From a virus, in IMG/VR virus record IMGVR_UViG_3300009285_000011, positions 1-50,241 of that record: DNA of 50,241 nt; one strand, written 5' to 3'. A program made the translations under genes and the position numbers. A model generated the notes under the pieces. That model saw only the letters and a list, made by a program, of their open reading frames with translations. It did not search any database and was not told the origin of the DNA. This document shows, piece by piece, positions 38,874 through 48,446 of this stretch; position 1 is the first letter of the stretch, and each line of letters begins with the position of its first letter.

Positions 38874-39239
38874 TCACCTCGGTTCGCCGGGGTTTTTATT
38901 TCCCCATCTGTCATGAATCTGGCGGCCCACAAATACGGCGGCAAACACCGCCGGAAGGATACCAAACGCTGGGTGGGCGTAGCGGCCAAATACCACGACA
39001 GGCATATTGTAGACTTCATTCAAAGGCAGCGCGATCACGTAGGCGACGATAAGCGCCGATGCTCGGATTAGCCAGCTTTTGACGTTATCCTGTCGTTCTA
39101 TCGGCCATCTTAACGAATCAAGAATGGCATGGATGAAGGGTTTGATAGACTCTTCCATCACTGCGCCCGTCGCTACAAATAATCCGGCGATGGCAGCGAG
39201 CCATACGGCGCTATTCTGAAGCAGTAATTCCAGTGTCAT
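38874..39239 (-). CDS. three-TM small membrane protein (holin-like)
   Basis: Three hydrophobic helices are present (AVWLAAIAGLFVATGAV, ASALIVAYVIALPL, FGILPAVFAAVFVG). This is the last gene of the late operon. Confidence 0.5.
   Translation of the reverse strand: MTLELLLQNSAVWLAAIAGLFVATGAVMEESIKPFIHAILDSLRWPIERQDNVKSWLIRASALIVAYVIALPLNEVYNMPVVVFGRYAHPAFGILPAVFAAVFVGRQIHDRWGNKNPGEPR
38877..38901 (+). terminator. rho-independent terminator CCTCGG-TTCG-CCGGGG-TTTTTATTT
   Basis: It has a 6-bp stem (one G.T pair), a TTCG tetraloop and a T-run. It lies inside the 3' end of the convergent holin-like ORF. Confidence 0.6.
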
Positions 39240-39838
39240 CAGTTATTCTCCTGTTCATTGATAGTCGGTTTGTTTTCTGGCGGTTTGCCGTTTTCAATTT
39301 TCACCGCCTGCACATCAGCTTCGACGCTTTCCAGCCGCGCCTTGAACTGTGAAGTTGTCTGCTGCCATTCCTTTTTCATTTCCTCAAGAAGCGCCAATAT
39401 CCGGTCAAGTTTCGCCTGAGTAGTTATTTCTTGAGTGCTGTTTGTCTCCATTGTTTTTTTCATTTCACCTAATACGCTGACAATGGCGGTTTGGGATGCG
39501 GCTGCCTGATCGGTGCTCACTCTAATTTCAGCCAGTTCCTTAACCATCTCTCGGAGCGATGCGCAGGTCTCGTCAAAGGCTTCTTTCACACTTCTAAACC
39601 CCTGCTCAAATGTCTGCAAGACGACAGCCTGCCTTTGGATAGATTGCTCATTATGATTGCTCAATGTCTGGCGGTCATCGCGCAAATCTGCTCGCAGTCC
39701 CTCGATACCCGTAACAACCTGTGAGGTAGTCGCCATTGCCTGAGGGAGCACTTTACTTTGATTCCGCGCCATGAAAAACAATGCGATAACCAAAATGGTT
39801 GATGGCGCTAAATCCTTGAGTGTTTCTGTAAGTTCCAT
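39239..39838 (-). CDS. N-terminally anchored coiled-coil protein (spanin- or lysis-accessory-like)
   Basis: It has one TM helix (STILVIALFFMA) followed by a long coiled coil. Its stop overlaps the start of the holin-like gene by 1 nt. Confidence 0.4.
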   Translation of the reverse strand: MELTETLKDLAPSTILVIALFFMARNQSKVLPQAMATTSQVVTGIEGLRADLRDDRQTLSNHNEQSIQRQAVVLQTFEQGFRSVKEAFDETCASLREMVKELAEIRVSTDQAAASQTAIVSVLGEMKKTMETNSTQEITTQAKLDRILALLEEMKKEWQQTTSQFKARLESVEADVQAVKIENGKPPENKPTINEQENN

Positions 39839-39839
39839 A

Positions 39840-40265
39840 CTAGGTCCCTTCCGTTTCGATAACCCGCAAACTGCGCTCAGTGAATAAATCTGCCAGCGCG
39901 TCTTCCCATGTGAACGCCTGTCCTATGACCCCAGAACCATCATTGGCGGCGATTAAGCAGCCATCAGCATAATTGGGCTGGTCGCCATTAGCTGTGGCGT
40001 ACCAACGCGATTGTGGTAATGAATCGATGAATGCCTGGAGCGCCGTTCGCATATCGGCTTTCACCAGCGTATTGATGCCGAATACCTGCGCCGGTAGGTC
40101 GCCTGATGTGCTCAGTTTGATGGCGCTGTCGGCTATCTTCCGCTCGTTCTCGACAGTTTCCAGACTGCCATTGTTGGTAAAGATTTCAGCGAAAACCTGC
40201 CTGTTTTCTGCCGTCGCGTCTATCGCCCGGATGAAGAAATACAGTCGCCATTTCCAGTCGCTCAT
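39840..40265 (-). CDS. hypothetical 141-aa protein
   Basis: I chose the start at the ATGA overlap (MSDWKW). Confidence 0.45.
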   Translation of the reverse strand: MSDWKWRLYFFIRAIDATAENRQVFAEIFTNNGSLETVENERKIADSAIKLSTSGDLPAQVFGINTLVKADMRTALQAFIDSLPQSRWYATANGDQPNYADGCLIAANDGSGVIGQAFTWEDALADLFTERSLRVIETEGT

Positions 40266-41056
40266 GCTGTCGTTATCCCCCACTTCTTACCCAATAACCG
40301 CGTCGCCCACATCGCCTCCGGCGTGGATATGCGGCGGTTGAGCACAGCCAGTTGGCCGATAGTACCGAGCATGAGTTGGATTAAATTTTGATATGTGCGC
40401 AATGCGCCAATTGTCGCTTGATCTAATGTCAAGGTCCCTACATCGTGCGCCGCCTCATTGATTACAGTTATTCCATCAATGAGAATACTGATCGTTGTAC
40501 CTGAAAATAAACAACAGATGATATGAGGACTGGTATTTGGCGTTCCCGCCGAGTCCACATTGCCAACGTCCGTATCATCAGCAGAGGAGAAAGACCAGTT
40601 CGGCGTAGCTGTAATTCTGAAGACATGGTAGGTATCATTAGTCGTAGCGCGGCCAAAGGAGAAAATTGCTCTTAACGCCGCCACGCTCGTAAACTGCACC
40701 ACCGCCGCCACCGTAAACGGCTTGTCGCTCCCGCTTACGCCGGCGCTCGCCGCCAGCGAATCGCATGTCAGGTAATCCCCGCCGTCGAAACTGGCTGCCT
40801 GCCGCCCGTTGATGGCATTCGCCGTCAAGGTCGGTTTAGCTGCCGTCGTTGTCTGTGTGGCGATATTGCCACTGCGCGACAGGTCTACTACGCCGCCGAT
40901 AGGTGTGGTGGGCGCGGCCAATGTCGTCAAGGCGCTGTCTTGATATAAACTGGCATTGACTGAGAAATCATATTCCCCGACAAGCCCATAAAGATCGCGC
41001 AAGGATGGCGTTTTGATTTTGAGTAATGACCGCCGTGCGCCGTAGAGTAAACCCAT
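40262..41056 (-). CDS. LamG/concanavalin-like domain protein (fibre or receptor-binding accessory)
   Basis: The pattern ASFDGGDYL..FTVAAVV..IFSFG..HVFRI..LFSGTTISILIDG is typical of Laminin_G_3 jelly-rolls. Confidence 0.5.
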   Translation of the reverse strand: MGLLYGARRSLLKIKTPSLRDLYGLVGEYDFSVNASLYQDSALTTLAAPTTPIGGVVDLSRSGNIATQTTTAAKPTLTANAINGRQAASFDGGDYLTCDSLAASAGVSGSDKPFTVAAVVQFTSVAALRAIFSFGRATTNDTYHVFRITATPNWSFSSADDTDVGNVDSAGTPNTSPHIICCLFSGTTISILIDGITVINEAAHDVGTLTLDQATIGALRTYQNLIQLMLGTIGQLAVLNRRISTPEAMWATRLLGKKWGITTA

Positions 41057-41066
41057 TGGTTTTCTC

Positions 41067-41534
41067 CTATGTATTCAACAGCACTGACAGCTTAACGGTG
41101 ATATCATTTGTAGCTGTATATGTTCCGCCATCCAATTCCTGCAATTGTCCATATATGCGCCCTAATGTGTCGCCATTGAAAGGCAACACCCAGGGTTTGG
41201 TCGCCATCGCATTATTACTGAATGATGCCCAGTCCTGTGTATCGATAGGGATATGTCCAATACTCCATGCCTCAAGGTTCTGATCGGTTGGAGCATAAGC
41301 CGTATTGTCTGCCGTCACAGCAGGCTCCTGGTTGAATAATACTAGATTGAATCGCTTAGTTTGTTTCGCCTTGTCGATGATAATGGCGGCCATAATCACG
41401 CCGCCATTATCTGGCTTGCTCCCGATCTGAAATGTGAGCAATCCACCAAGCGCGTCATTGGCGCTATATATTCCGGCGGTCATCACCGGAGTTTGGGAAC
41501 TCAATTTGTTGTGTCCAAAGGGGCCGCCACTCAT
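41067..41534 (-). CDS. hypothetical 155-aa structural-module protein
   Basis: The ORF comes from the track. Confidence 0.45.
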   Translation of the reverse strand: MSGGPFGHNKLSSQTPVMTAGIYSANDALGGLLTFQIGSKPDNGGVIMAAIIIDKAKQTKRFNLVLFNQEPAVTADNTAYAPTDQNLEAWSIGHIPIDTQDWASFSNNAMATKPWVLPFNGDTLGRIYGQLQELDGGTYTATNDITVKLSVLLNT

Positions 41535-41545
41535 GAAAGTACCTC

Positions 41546-41767
41546 CTATGCTTTCGGTTTTTTAATCAGATAGGGTAAAGCGTGGTCAATGAGGATGATG
41601 TATTCAGCTAAGACTTTGAGCGCCGTCTTGACACTCGGATCGGCGATCACATTATTATCTAACCATGTCTCAGTCTGTGCTTTGGTCGCATCATGTAATG
41701 GATTACTGTCAAGCATCGCCAGAAAATCGGCGACTTTCTGCCTGTCGCTACGAAATGTTTCAGTCAT
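41546..41767 (-). CDS. hypothetical 73-aa protein
   Basis: I chose the start at ATG 41765-41767 (MTETFRSD), which gives an 8-nt overlap with the upstream gene. Confidence 0.45.
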   Translation of the reverse strand: MTETFRSDRQKVADFLAMLDSNPLHDATKAQTETWLDNNVIADPSVKTALKVLAEYIILIDHALPYLIKKPKA

Positions 41768-42644
41768 TGAGCACCTCAAAATCTGCATTGGTAATGGTTG
41801 TCGGCGACCAAGCATCGAATATGCGCACGGTCACGTGTCCTACGCTGTTGGGGCCAATATTGAGTTGGTATTCACCGCTCGTCAGTTTCCAGAATGTCGC
41901 GTATCCATCCTCAGTAGACCGGATAAGCAAATTGCTGGCAGGGAATTCAGGCAAACTTTTTAAGTCTTCCGTGCTGATGTAAAACGCTTTATAACCCTGA
42001 CCTGTCGTTTCATCTATAACCCAGAAGTCAAACCCGAATACCGTTTCGGTGCTGGCAATCTCGGTGACAATTGCTGGAGCGCCTAGTGTCGAAATACCAC
42101 TGGCAGTCAACCGCACACCCGCCTCATAGCCGGTGATGACCAATGGTAAGCTGAGACAATCGGGAATGAGCGCCACTGGCGATCCGGCAAAAGCCGGATC
42201 GAAGGCCACCATTTCAATTACTCGCCCGATTTGCGCCGCCGCCAGCAGGTCACTCTTAGCTGGCGAAGCCGGCATAGAGATGTCGATTAACCGCAGCACT
42301 GCCGGGCGGATGGTGATATTATTTAATCCGCCGTAATCTATTCCAAGTTCCAGCGATGGCGCATAGACGCCCTGCGCTATCGTATCCACTGGCGCGCCAA
42401 CAGGATACCGCGCCGCATGAATATCGAGATTGACATTGTTCGCGTCAGTCATCAGGACAGCTATCCAGTCATAGTCTGGCTCGTCTTCAGTATCGGGTAT
42501 GAATGAATAGCCAAAGGTAATCTGCCCGTGCGCACAAAGCCCGTCGCGATTGCTGCCGCCATTGATATAAAGAGCGCCATCACTGGCGGCTTGTGTGGGA
42601 ATGAATGTCCATAATGCCAGCAGAATTATCAGGATTGTTTTCAT
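41760..42644 (-). CDS. secreted protein with a cleavable signal peptide, located in the tail module
   Basis: The N-terminus reads MKTILIILLALWTFIPTQAASDG. The start makes an ATGA overlap. Confidence 0.55.
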   Translation of the reverse strand: MKTILIILLALWTFIPTQAASDGALYINGGSNRDGLCAHGQITFGYSFIPDTEDEPDYDWIAVLMTDANNVNLDIHAARYPVGAPVDTIAQGVYAPSLELGIDYGGLNNITIRPAVLRLIDISMPASPAKSDLLAAAQIGRVIEMVAFDPAFAGSPVALIPDCLSLPLVITGYEAGVRLTASGISTLGAPAIVTEIASTETVFGFDFWVIDETTGQGYKAFYISTEDLKSLPEFPASNLLIRSTEDGYATFWKLTSGEYQLNIGPNSVGHVTVRIFDAWSPTTITNADFEVLND

Positions 42645-43069
42645 TTCGCCTCCACAATCAATGTGCCTGTCTCATAAAATCCTTGCCGGGAAAACAGAAT
42701 GAGGTACTTATCGGCGATGCGCGTGCGAAAAGTATAGGCCGCGCTGCCGGCATTTACCGGGACATTACCCATCAATTCCAGACTACCATCGCTGGCATAG
42801 ATTGCGTAATCGAGATTGACATCGCCAAGAATGAGCGCATCGTCACAGGATATCATCGCGGCGGCTATACCGTCAGCAGTGATTACAAGATTGTCAACTG
42901 AGAGCGCCAGCAGTCCAAAGCCGTCAGCAATCTGTTGGCCTAACGTCTCCTGTTCCGGCGTGGCAGCATTGAAATGAATCTGGCGATTGGTATTCAGTCC
43001 GTGAATAGGGATGCCTGCTGTCCTGATTTTTTGGTCAAGTAGCAGGATATTTGTGCTATTTAAGACCAT
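42641..43069 (-). CDS. hypothetical 142-aa tail-module protein
   Basis: The ORF comes from the track and overlaps its neighbours. Confidence 0.45.
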   Translation of the reverse strand: MVLNSTNILLLDQKIRTAGIPIHGLNTNRQIHFNAATPEQETLGQQIADGFGLLALSVDNLVITADGIAAAMISCDDALILGDVNLDYAIYASDGSLELMGNVPVNAGSAAYTFRTRIADKYLILFSRQGFYETGTLIVEAK

Positions 43070-44259
43070 ATGTGTCCAATACCTCCCTGTTGAAATAATA
43101 TTGGCGTGCCATTATCGGCATAAATTGTGGCTGTTGCCGCGTATGCGTATTCGGTTAATTGCAAATAATGATACCCGACGGTAGGATGAGCATAATATTC
43201 AGACATAGCATGGATTCCATTTGATGGAGTTGTTATCGTTTTTATCGCTGCATGAGTAGTATTTGTGACATCTAAAGCAATACCACAACCCACAGCTTGT
43301 GTAGCAGCATACATATAATGCCGAAAATTGACGCGCTGTTCATCCCAACCCTGCACGAAGGTCACGCGATTAGCTGCGCTATTATTGAGCGAGCGCCATG
43401 CCGCCGTGGCATACGTCCAACTATCGGTTGTCTCATAGACGAAAAGCCGACGCTGCTGGCGATTGTAGTAATTGAACAACAGGCGGTTAAGATCGCTGTC
43501 TTCGGTCTGCCCGCTGACTCCGGTTGTTCGATAACTGCCTAAGTAGCGGCGGGTATTATCACCCGATTTAGTAAGCCGCCCCTCGAATACCGCCAGCGCC
43601 GTTGCGCGGGTGGTATCGTTTGTCCAGGCAAGGGCTTCAATCGCCGTTGCGCCGCCAGAGACATAACCGAAAATGTCATACATCGTGTTGGTCGTGGCAG
43701 CGACGGCCAGCGTCCGTTCAGCATGAATATAAGTCTTCCAGTCAGCGCCATCATAAAGCGTGACGAGATTGCCGCCGTAAGGCGTCCAATAGATATTCGT
43801 GGCGGCGGTCACATCGGCAGTCGTTACCGGAACGGCGGTGGTAAGCGTGAGACGCGCTTGCATGAAATCGGCGTCGGTGATAGCGGTGATAGCTGTCCCG
43901 CCGCCGCCCGTCACAGAGTTAATGAGATCGACCCAGTTCGTGCCATCATAGAATAATAGGATATGATCGTTCCCGGTAATCGCCGCATCAGCCGCCGCCG
44001 CCAATTCGATATTGCCAGTGCTGTGTTTGAGGGTGATAGTATCCCCGGCGTCGGCAACCAGCATAAGCAGCGGGCGATAAGTAACGCTGTTGATCGTGAC
44101 GGTATCATAACCGATATTGATAGTATCCAGATCGTCGGTAGTTCCGGTCTGCGCCGCCACGACATGATACATTTGATCGGCAGTTATGACGCCACTGGCA
44201 ATCGTCTTAGTCGTATCGTCTTTGAGCGCCAGCGAATGGGTCTTAAATAGATCGGTCAT
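43060..44259 (-). CDS. tail fibre / receptor-binding-type protein
   Basis: This 399-aa protein is Thr/Ala-rich and beta-rich (RLTLTTAVPVTTADVTAATNIYWTPYGGN). It lies in the distal tail block. Confidence 0.45.
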   Translation of the reverse strand: MTDLFKTHSLALKDDTTKTIASGVITADQMYHVVAAQTGTTDDLDTINIGYDTVTINSVTYRPLLMLVADAGDTITLKHSTGNIELAAAADAAITGNDHILLFYDGTNWVDLINSVTGGGGTAITAITDADFMQARLTLTTAVPVTTADVTAATNIYWTPYGGNLVTLYDGADWKTYIHAERTLAVAATTNTMYDIFGYVSGGATAIEALAWTNDTTRATALAVFEGRLTKSGDNTRRYLGSYRTTGVSGQTEDSDLNRLLFNYYNRQQRRLFVYETTDSWTYATAAWRSLNNSAANRVTFVQGWDEQRVNFRHYMYAATQAVGCGIALDVTNTTHAAIKTITTPSNGIHAMSEYYAHPTVGYHYLQLTEYAYAATATIYADNGTPILFQQGGIGHIWS

Positions 44260-45143
44260 AATAATACCAAATCCCCTGCGAGTGTGAAGTCGCTCTGGAT
44301 AGTCAGATCATAGGCAATCATTTGTTGTCCGTTCCTGAGCAGCCGATTGCGCGTTACCGGGTTCTCGAAACCTAATGGCGGTCGCGTATTCAGGAATTGG
44401 CGCATATCTTCGCCCAGATCGCGCATATCAATCGCCGTTGCGCCATCAGCTAGCACAAAAGCCTGAATGGGTACATCCTCGTCGATAATGCTCTGCGCGA
44501 TACATTCCTGATAATCGGTGATGTCAAGCGTCGTAGTTTGCGCCTGTGTCACGCTGGCGAATATCTGTATACTTTCATCGACTAATCGCAGAAACACAAC
44601 GGCGATTCGGTGATTATCTGCCGCCGGAATGTAACTGGCGATGTCGATTTTATCAGCCTGTAAAGGCGTCCCGGCGTAGACTGATAGATCGCCGTAAGCA
44701 TCTTGGTAGAGCCAATTCTGAATACCGATGAGCGTCGAGGTGGTCGTATTATTGCCTACCGGACGGCACATGAAATTGATAATATTTTTCAGGCGCACAA
44801 ACTGGCTTTGCGGATTGCCGGAATTGAGAATTTGCGGGTCATATCCGGCAGTTCGCATATCACGCTCATCGGCGCTTTTGATGGTCATTTCATCGTTATC
44901 ATCAAAGGCCACCCGCACACCCGCGCCTTCATAGGTTAGATATGAGGCAAGGCCGCTGTTGACTTGCGTAGGTTCGCCATACTGCGTAACGCCGTTGCCA
45001 TCCACTCCGGCAGGGAAGCGCACCCACACTTTGCCTAATCCGGCTTTGACCGTTCCACTACCATTACCTAGGATAGCGAAGCGTGTCTGTGTTTTCCGTA
45101 ACCAGCGCCGCCGGGCGCGTTGTAACTGCGTGCTGAATGTCAT
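44256..45143 (-). CDS. hypothetical 295-aa baseplate/tail protein
   Basis: The call is positional. The start makes an ATGA overlap. Confidence 0.4.
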   Translation of the reverse strand: MTFSTQLQRARRRWLRKTQTRFAILGNGSGTVKAGLGKVWVRFPAGVDGNGVTQYGEPTQVNSGLASYLTYEGAGVRVAFDDNDEMTIKSADERDMRTAGYDPQILNSGNPQSQFVRLKNIINFMCRPVGNNTTTSTLIGIQNWLYQDAYGDLSVYAGTPLQADKIDIASYIPAADNHRIAVVFLRLVDESIQIFASVTQAQTTTLDITDYQECIAQSIIDEDVPIQAFVLADGATAIDMRDLGEDMRQFLNTRPPLGFENPVTRNRLLRNGQQMIAYDLTIQSDFTLAGDLVLL

Positions 45144-48007
45144 GGCGTCGGCCCCATATTCGCGCCGCGTATCGTAATCCTGAGCACACGATGCTGGTTG
45201 TCACTGAAGTCGCTGTCGAACCAATTGAAGGCCATTACCGCTCCCGTTCCTACCATCGTAAATTCATAACGGTGCATCGAATTATATTGTGGTAAAGTGC
45301 CAGGTTTTCCGCCATCGATGAGCAATCCATTCAATCCAGCATATAACCGCGCAGCGCCATCACCTGCGTCATAACCCAAATAAAAAGCGTCGCCGCGATT
45401 ACCGCTTAATCCAAAAGGATTAGTCCCTGTCCCTTGCACTCGCGCTGTCTCCATTAATGCTGAACCAGAGTAACCACCAGGCGGATCGGGAACACGAGAA
45501 GAATTGAGGATCATACGAATATCGGTAGCTGCTGCCTGCGTGCCTTCCCATGAAAATGTGAGGTTAGCGCCATCGGCGCTGCTGGCTCCGTCGCTCGTTG
45601 CAACAGCTATGGCATTGATCTCGATCTGGCGGGCGATAGCATTAGCCGGATTGAATGTGCCTTTAGTCAGATCATAAGTGTACTGGATACCCGTGAGCAC
45701 AGAAGCCGCAAAATTCCGTATGAGGCTGATACGCCGCCGGGCTATACCGCCGCCGGTTACATCTTCAGTATCAATTCCCCCGGCGGCTTGTGTGCCATTT
45801 TCAATTGTCCAGCTATCACTATCCCCCTGATAAGTGAAACTTTCAGCCCACACCTGGCCGATTTCAGCATCCCCCTCAACAGTGACTATATAGGTTTCAC
45901 CTAGTGTTGTGAGGCGGGTGGTATTGCGCGTCTGGCTGTACCAGAAGGCGACGTTAAATATCTCTTCGCCGATATTGCTGCCCTGCCCGATTACAGGCGG
46001 CGTCGGTTGGAGCACATCTAATTGACCCTCAAAGTACAGTCCCGTCCCGGTATCGGTAGGATAATTGACGAGCGGGTCCATCGGAAAGCTGTCATAGCCG
46101 CCGATACCCGGCAGATCGAAATCGAGATCGTTAATATCTGGAATAAGCGATACCGCTACCCCGGCATTTTCGCCTATAGTTTCAGCCTCGAAGTCGGCGC
46201 TTACCTCTTGCGCGTGATGTTCGGTATCCAGCGTGATGTTAATACTGACCAACTGCCAGTAATCAGATGCGCCATAAATCCTACCCCGCGCATTGTCCGC
46301 CGCCGCCAGTGTATGTGTATATCGCTGATAGAGGTTGGGATAGATGAAGTGGAAGCCATCCATCAGTGTGACCGACAATCGCGCTTTGGGATTTGTGTAA
46401 GCCAGATGCGCAGCGGCGCGAGCGGCGATTTCCGTCCGGGCGGCGGCGTCGGTTACGTCGCTGGCAAGGATTTGTCCGTTGAGTTGCAGCATCTCATAGC
46501 CTGAACCAAATGATTGCGCGGGCGCTGTCGCTTTGAATACGTAATCCACTTCATTGCGTGTGGTGTTATAGGATGCTCCGCCTGCCTCGATTTGCCCTAC
46601 TGCGTCTCCATATTCCAGATTAAGACTGTTCATCTCGCGGATGTCGGCTGTGGTGAATCCAAATACCGTGATGACTGCGCTCCGGTCACTTAGGTATGAG
46701 GTTTTACGCCGGACGGTCAATTCACCCGATGGCGCGAAATACGCGGCGGCGTTGACGCTATCAGCCTGTTTATTGATGTTATCCAGACTGTTTGTTTCGC
46801 CCAGTGACAGGTCGCCGAATACGAATGTGGATAAAGTATCACTGCTGAAACTGCATAGGGTTAGCGCCGTCGTGTGGAACGCCAAATAATAAACGATGGC
46901 GCGAATTGGCGTCGGGTTAATCATCTCACCCCACGCATTGGGCGCGGCGTCATCGACGATATAGACCGACGGGGCGGGCAGGCGCGCCAGTTGAGCGGCG
47001 AACCCTTCGATGGTGAAATTCACTTCGCTGACAAGGCCAGCTTTTTCATCGCTTGTGGCCTGCCCAACTTCCCGGCGGAAACGACCTACCAACAGAATGT
47101 TACTGGTAATCGGCGTCTGCGTTCCATTGTAATCTGATAGACTGGCAATCGTAACCCGCGTCATGTCCAGAATGTCAGCAACTGCCGCATTATCCCACGC
47201 CACACATTCGGCGTTCCAACCATCAGCTAATGCGCCCGTAATCCTGAAGTTGCCGCTATCCAGCAGCACGGCGGCGCTGCTGTTTTTGTTGACGGTATAG
47301 ACCTCGAAATGGAAGGCTATCGCCACACCGTTGCTGTCGGTGACAGTCAGGTGTACCCAACGGTGTTCATTGGTAGCTGCGCCGGGAAACTGCGCGGTGA
47401 TATTTTGAGTTCCACTATTACCGACGATAAATGATCCGTCGCCAATATCCCATAACCATGTGCTGATAGTCGCGCCGGATGTGTGGGCAGTTGCCGTCGG
47501 CGCGAACGCCCATTGGACAGTAGCTGCGCCGGTCAGGTCTACGTAAACGGACTGTAGTCCATCTATCGTTGGCGGCAGATTAGTATAGGTGTCGTCATAA
47601 TCTTTGTAGAGTGTGCCATCAACGCCAATGCGCCCAACGCGCTCTACTAAATCGAAGTCGTCGATGACGGTGATATACATTGTGGCGTCAATATCCGCGC
47701 CGACTTCGTTAATGTAAACCGTCGTAGCTCCCGGCGCGGCCCGGACACGGCCTCTAATGACTGGTTCGCTAAAGTCGGTAGTGGATGTGGTAATGAGGAT
47801 GATTTGCCCGACAATGACATTGGCGCGGACGCCCTGAAGCGTGTTTGTCCACTCAAATTCGGCATAATTGGTGGCGGTCAGGACTTCGTTGACCTGCGCT
47901 TGCCATACGATGTCATTAGGATTGACGAGCAGATAATGCTCAAACCACTGTTCGGTCTGGCGAACCTGGGTAATCTGCCCGGCGGTTAACGCGGCGTTAA
48001 ATGGCAT
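45140..48007 (-). CDS. large tail tip protein (Tal-like position) with an internal PKD-like domain
   Basis: This 955-aa protein contains the PKD-like segment STWLWDIGDGSF..HLTVTDSNG. It is the second gene after the tape measure. Confidence 0.55.
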   Translation of the reverse strand: MPFNAALTAGQITQVRQTEQWFEHYLLVNPNDIVWQAQVNEVLTATNYAEFEWTNTLQGVRANVIVGQIILITTSTTDFSEPVIRGRVRAAPGATTVYINEVGADIDATMYITVIDDFDLVERVGRIGVDGTLYKDYDDTYTNLPPTIDGLQSVYVDLTGAATVQWAFAPTATAHTSGATISTWLWDIGDGSFIVGNSGTQNITAQFPGAATNEHRWVHLTVTDSNGVAIAFHFEVYTVNKNSSAAVLLDSGNFRITGALADGWNAECVAWDNAAVADILDMTRVTIASLSDYNGTQTPITSNILLVGRFRREVGQATSDEKAGLVSEVNFTIEGFAAQLARLPAPSVYIVDDAAPNAWGEMINPTPIRAIVYYLAFHTTALTLCSFSSDTLSTFVFGDLSLGETNSLDNINKQADSVNAAAYFAPSGELTVRRKTSYLSDRSAVITVFGFTTADIREMNSLNLEYGDAVGQIEAGGASYNTTRNEVDYVFKATAPAQSFGSGYEMLQLNGQILASDVTDAAARTEIAARAAAHLAYTNPKARLSVTLMDGFHFIYPNLYQRYTHTLAAADNARGRIYGASDYWQLVSINITLDTEHHAQEVSADFEAETIGENAGVAVSLIPDINDLDFDLPGIGGYDSFPMDPLVNYPTDTGTGLYFEGQLDVLQPTPPVIGQGSNIGEEIFNVAFWYSQTRNTTRLTTLGETYIVTVEGDAEIGQVWAESFTYQGDSDSWTIENGTQAAGGIDTEDVTGGGIARRRISLIRNFAASVLTGIQYTYDLTKGTFNPANAIARQIEINAIAVATSDGASSADGANLTFSWEGTQAAATDIRMILNSSRVPDPPGGYSGSALMETARVQGTGTNPFGLSGNRGDAFYLGYDAGDGAARLYAGLNGLLIDGGKPGTLPQYNSMHRYEFTMVGTGAVMAFNWFDSDFSDNQHRVLRITIRGANMGPTP

Positions 48008-48008
48008 A

Positions 48009-48446
48009 TCAGATCGCTGTCAATCCTATGAAATTCCAACGCACATTGCGATAACCCGGCCCGACAAAGCCTTCATCATGGCTTGCTCCAACAAGCCTCA
48101 CATATTCTAGTTCTTCTTCATCTGGCATCCAAAGTGTAGCGTTGTAATTAGCAAATGTCACTCCGGTAAGCGCCAGCTTTACAGTCACAAGTCCTTCATA
48201 AGTTGCCAGCACGTAGGCATACTGCGCAACGGTCATACCGCCGCTTAACCAAAATGTCGAATCTTTACCAATATGGGCGGCGGTATTGTTGAGACGAAAG
48301 CGGCGCAGTCCGCGATTGCGATTCATGACGCCGCGCGGCATAACAAACCGCACACCATTAGCATCCGACAGCGCATCGATTCGGACTAATCCGCCAGCGT
48401 TATTGTTCCCGGCGGCAATCTGATAATTCGGCGTGATAATCGGCAT
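48009..48446 (-). CDS. distal tail protein-like (positional)
   Basis: This 145-aa ORF lies directly after the tape measure gene. Confidence 0.4.
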   Translation of the reverse strand: MPIITPNYQIAAGNNNAGGLVRIDALSDANGVRFVMPRGVMNRNRGLRRFRLNNTAAHIGKDSTFWLSGGMTVAQYAYVLATYEGLVTVKLALTGVTFANYNATLWMPDEEELEYVRLVGASHDEGFVGPGYRNVRWNFIGLTAI

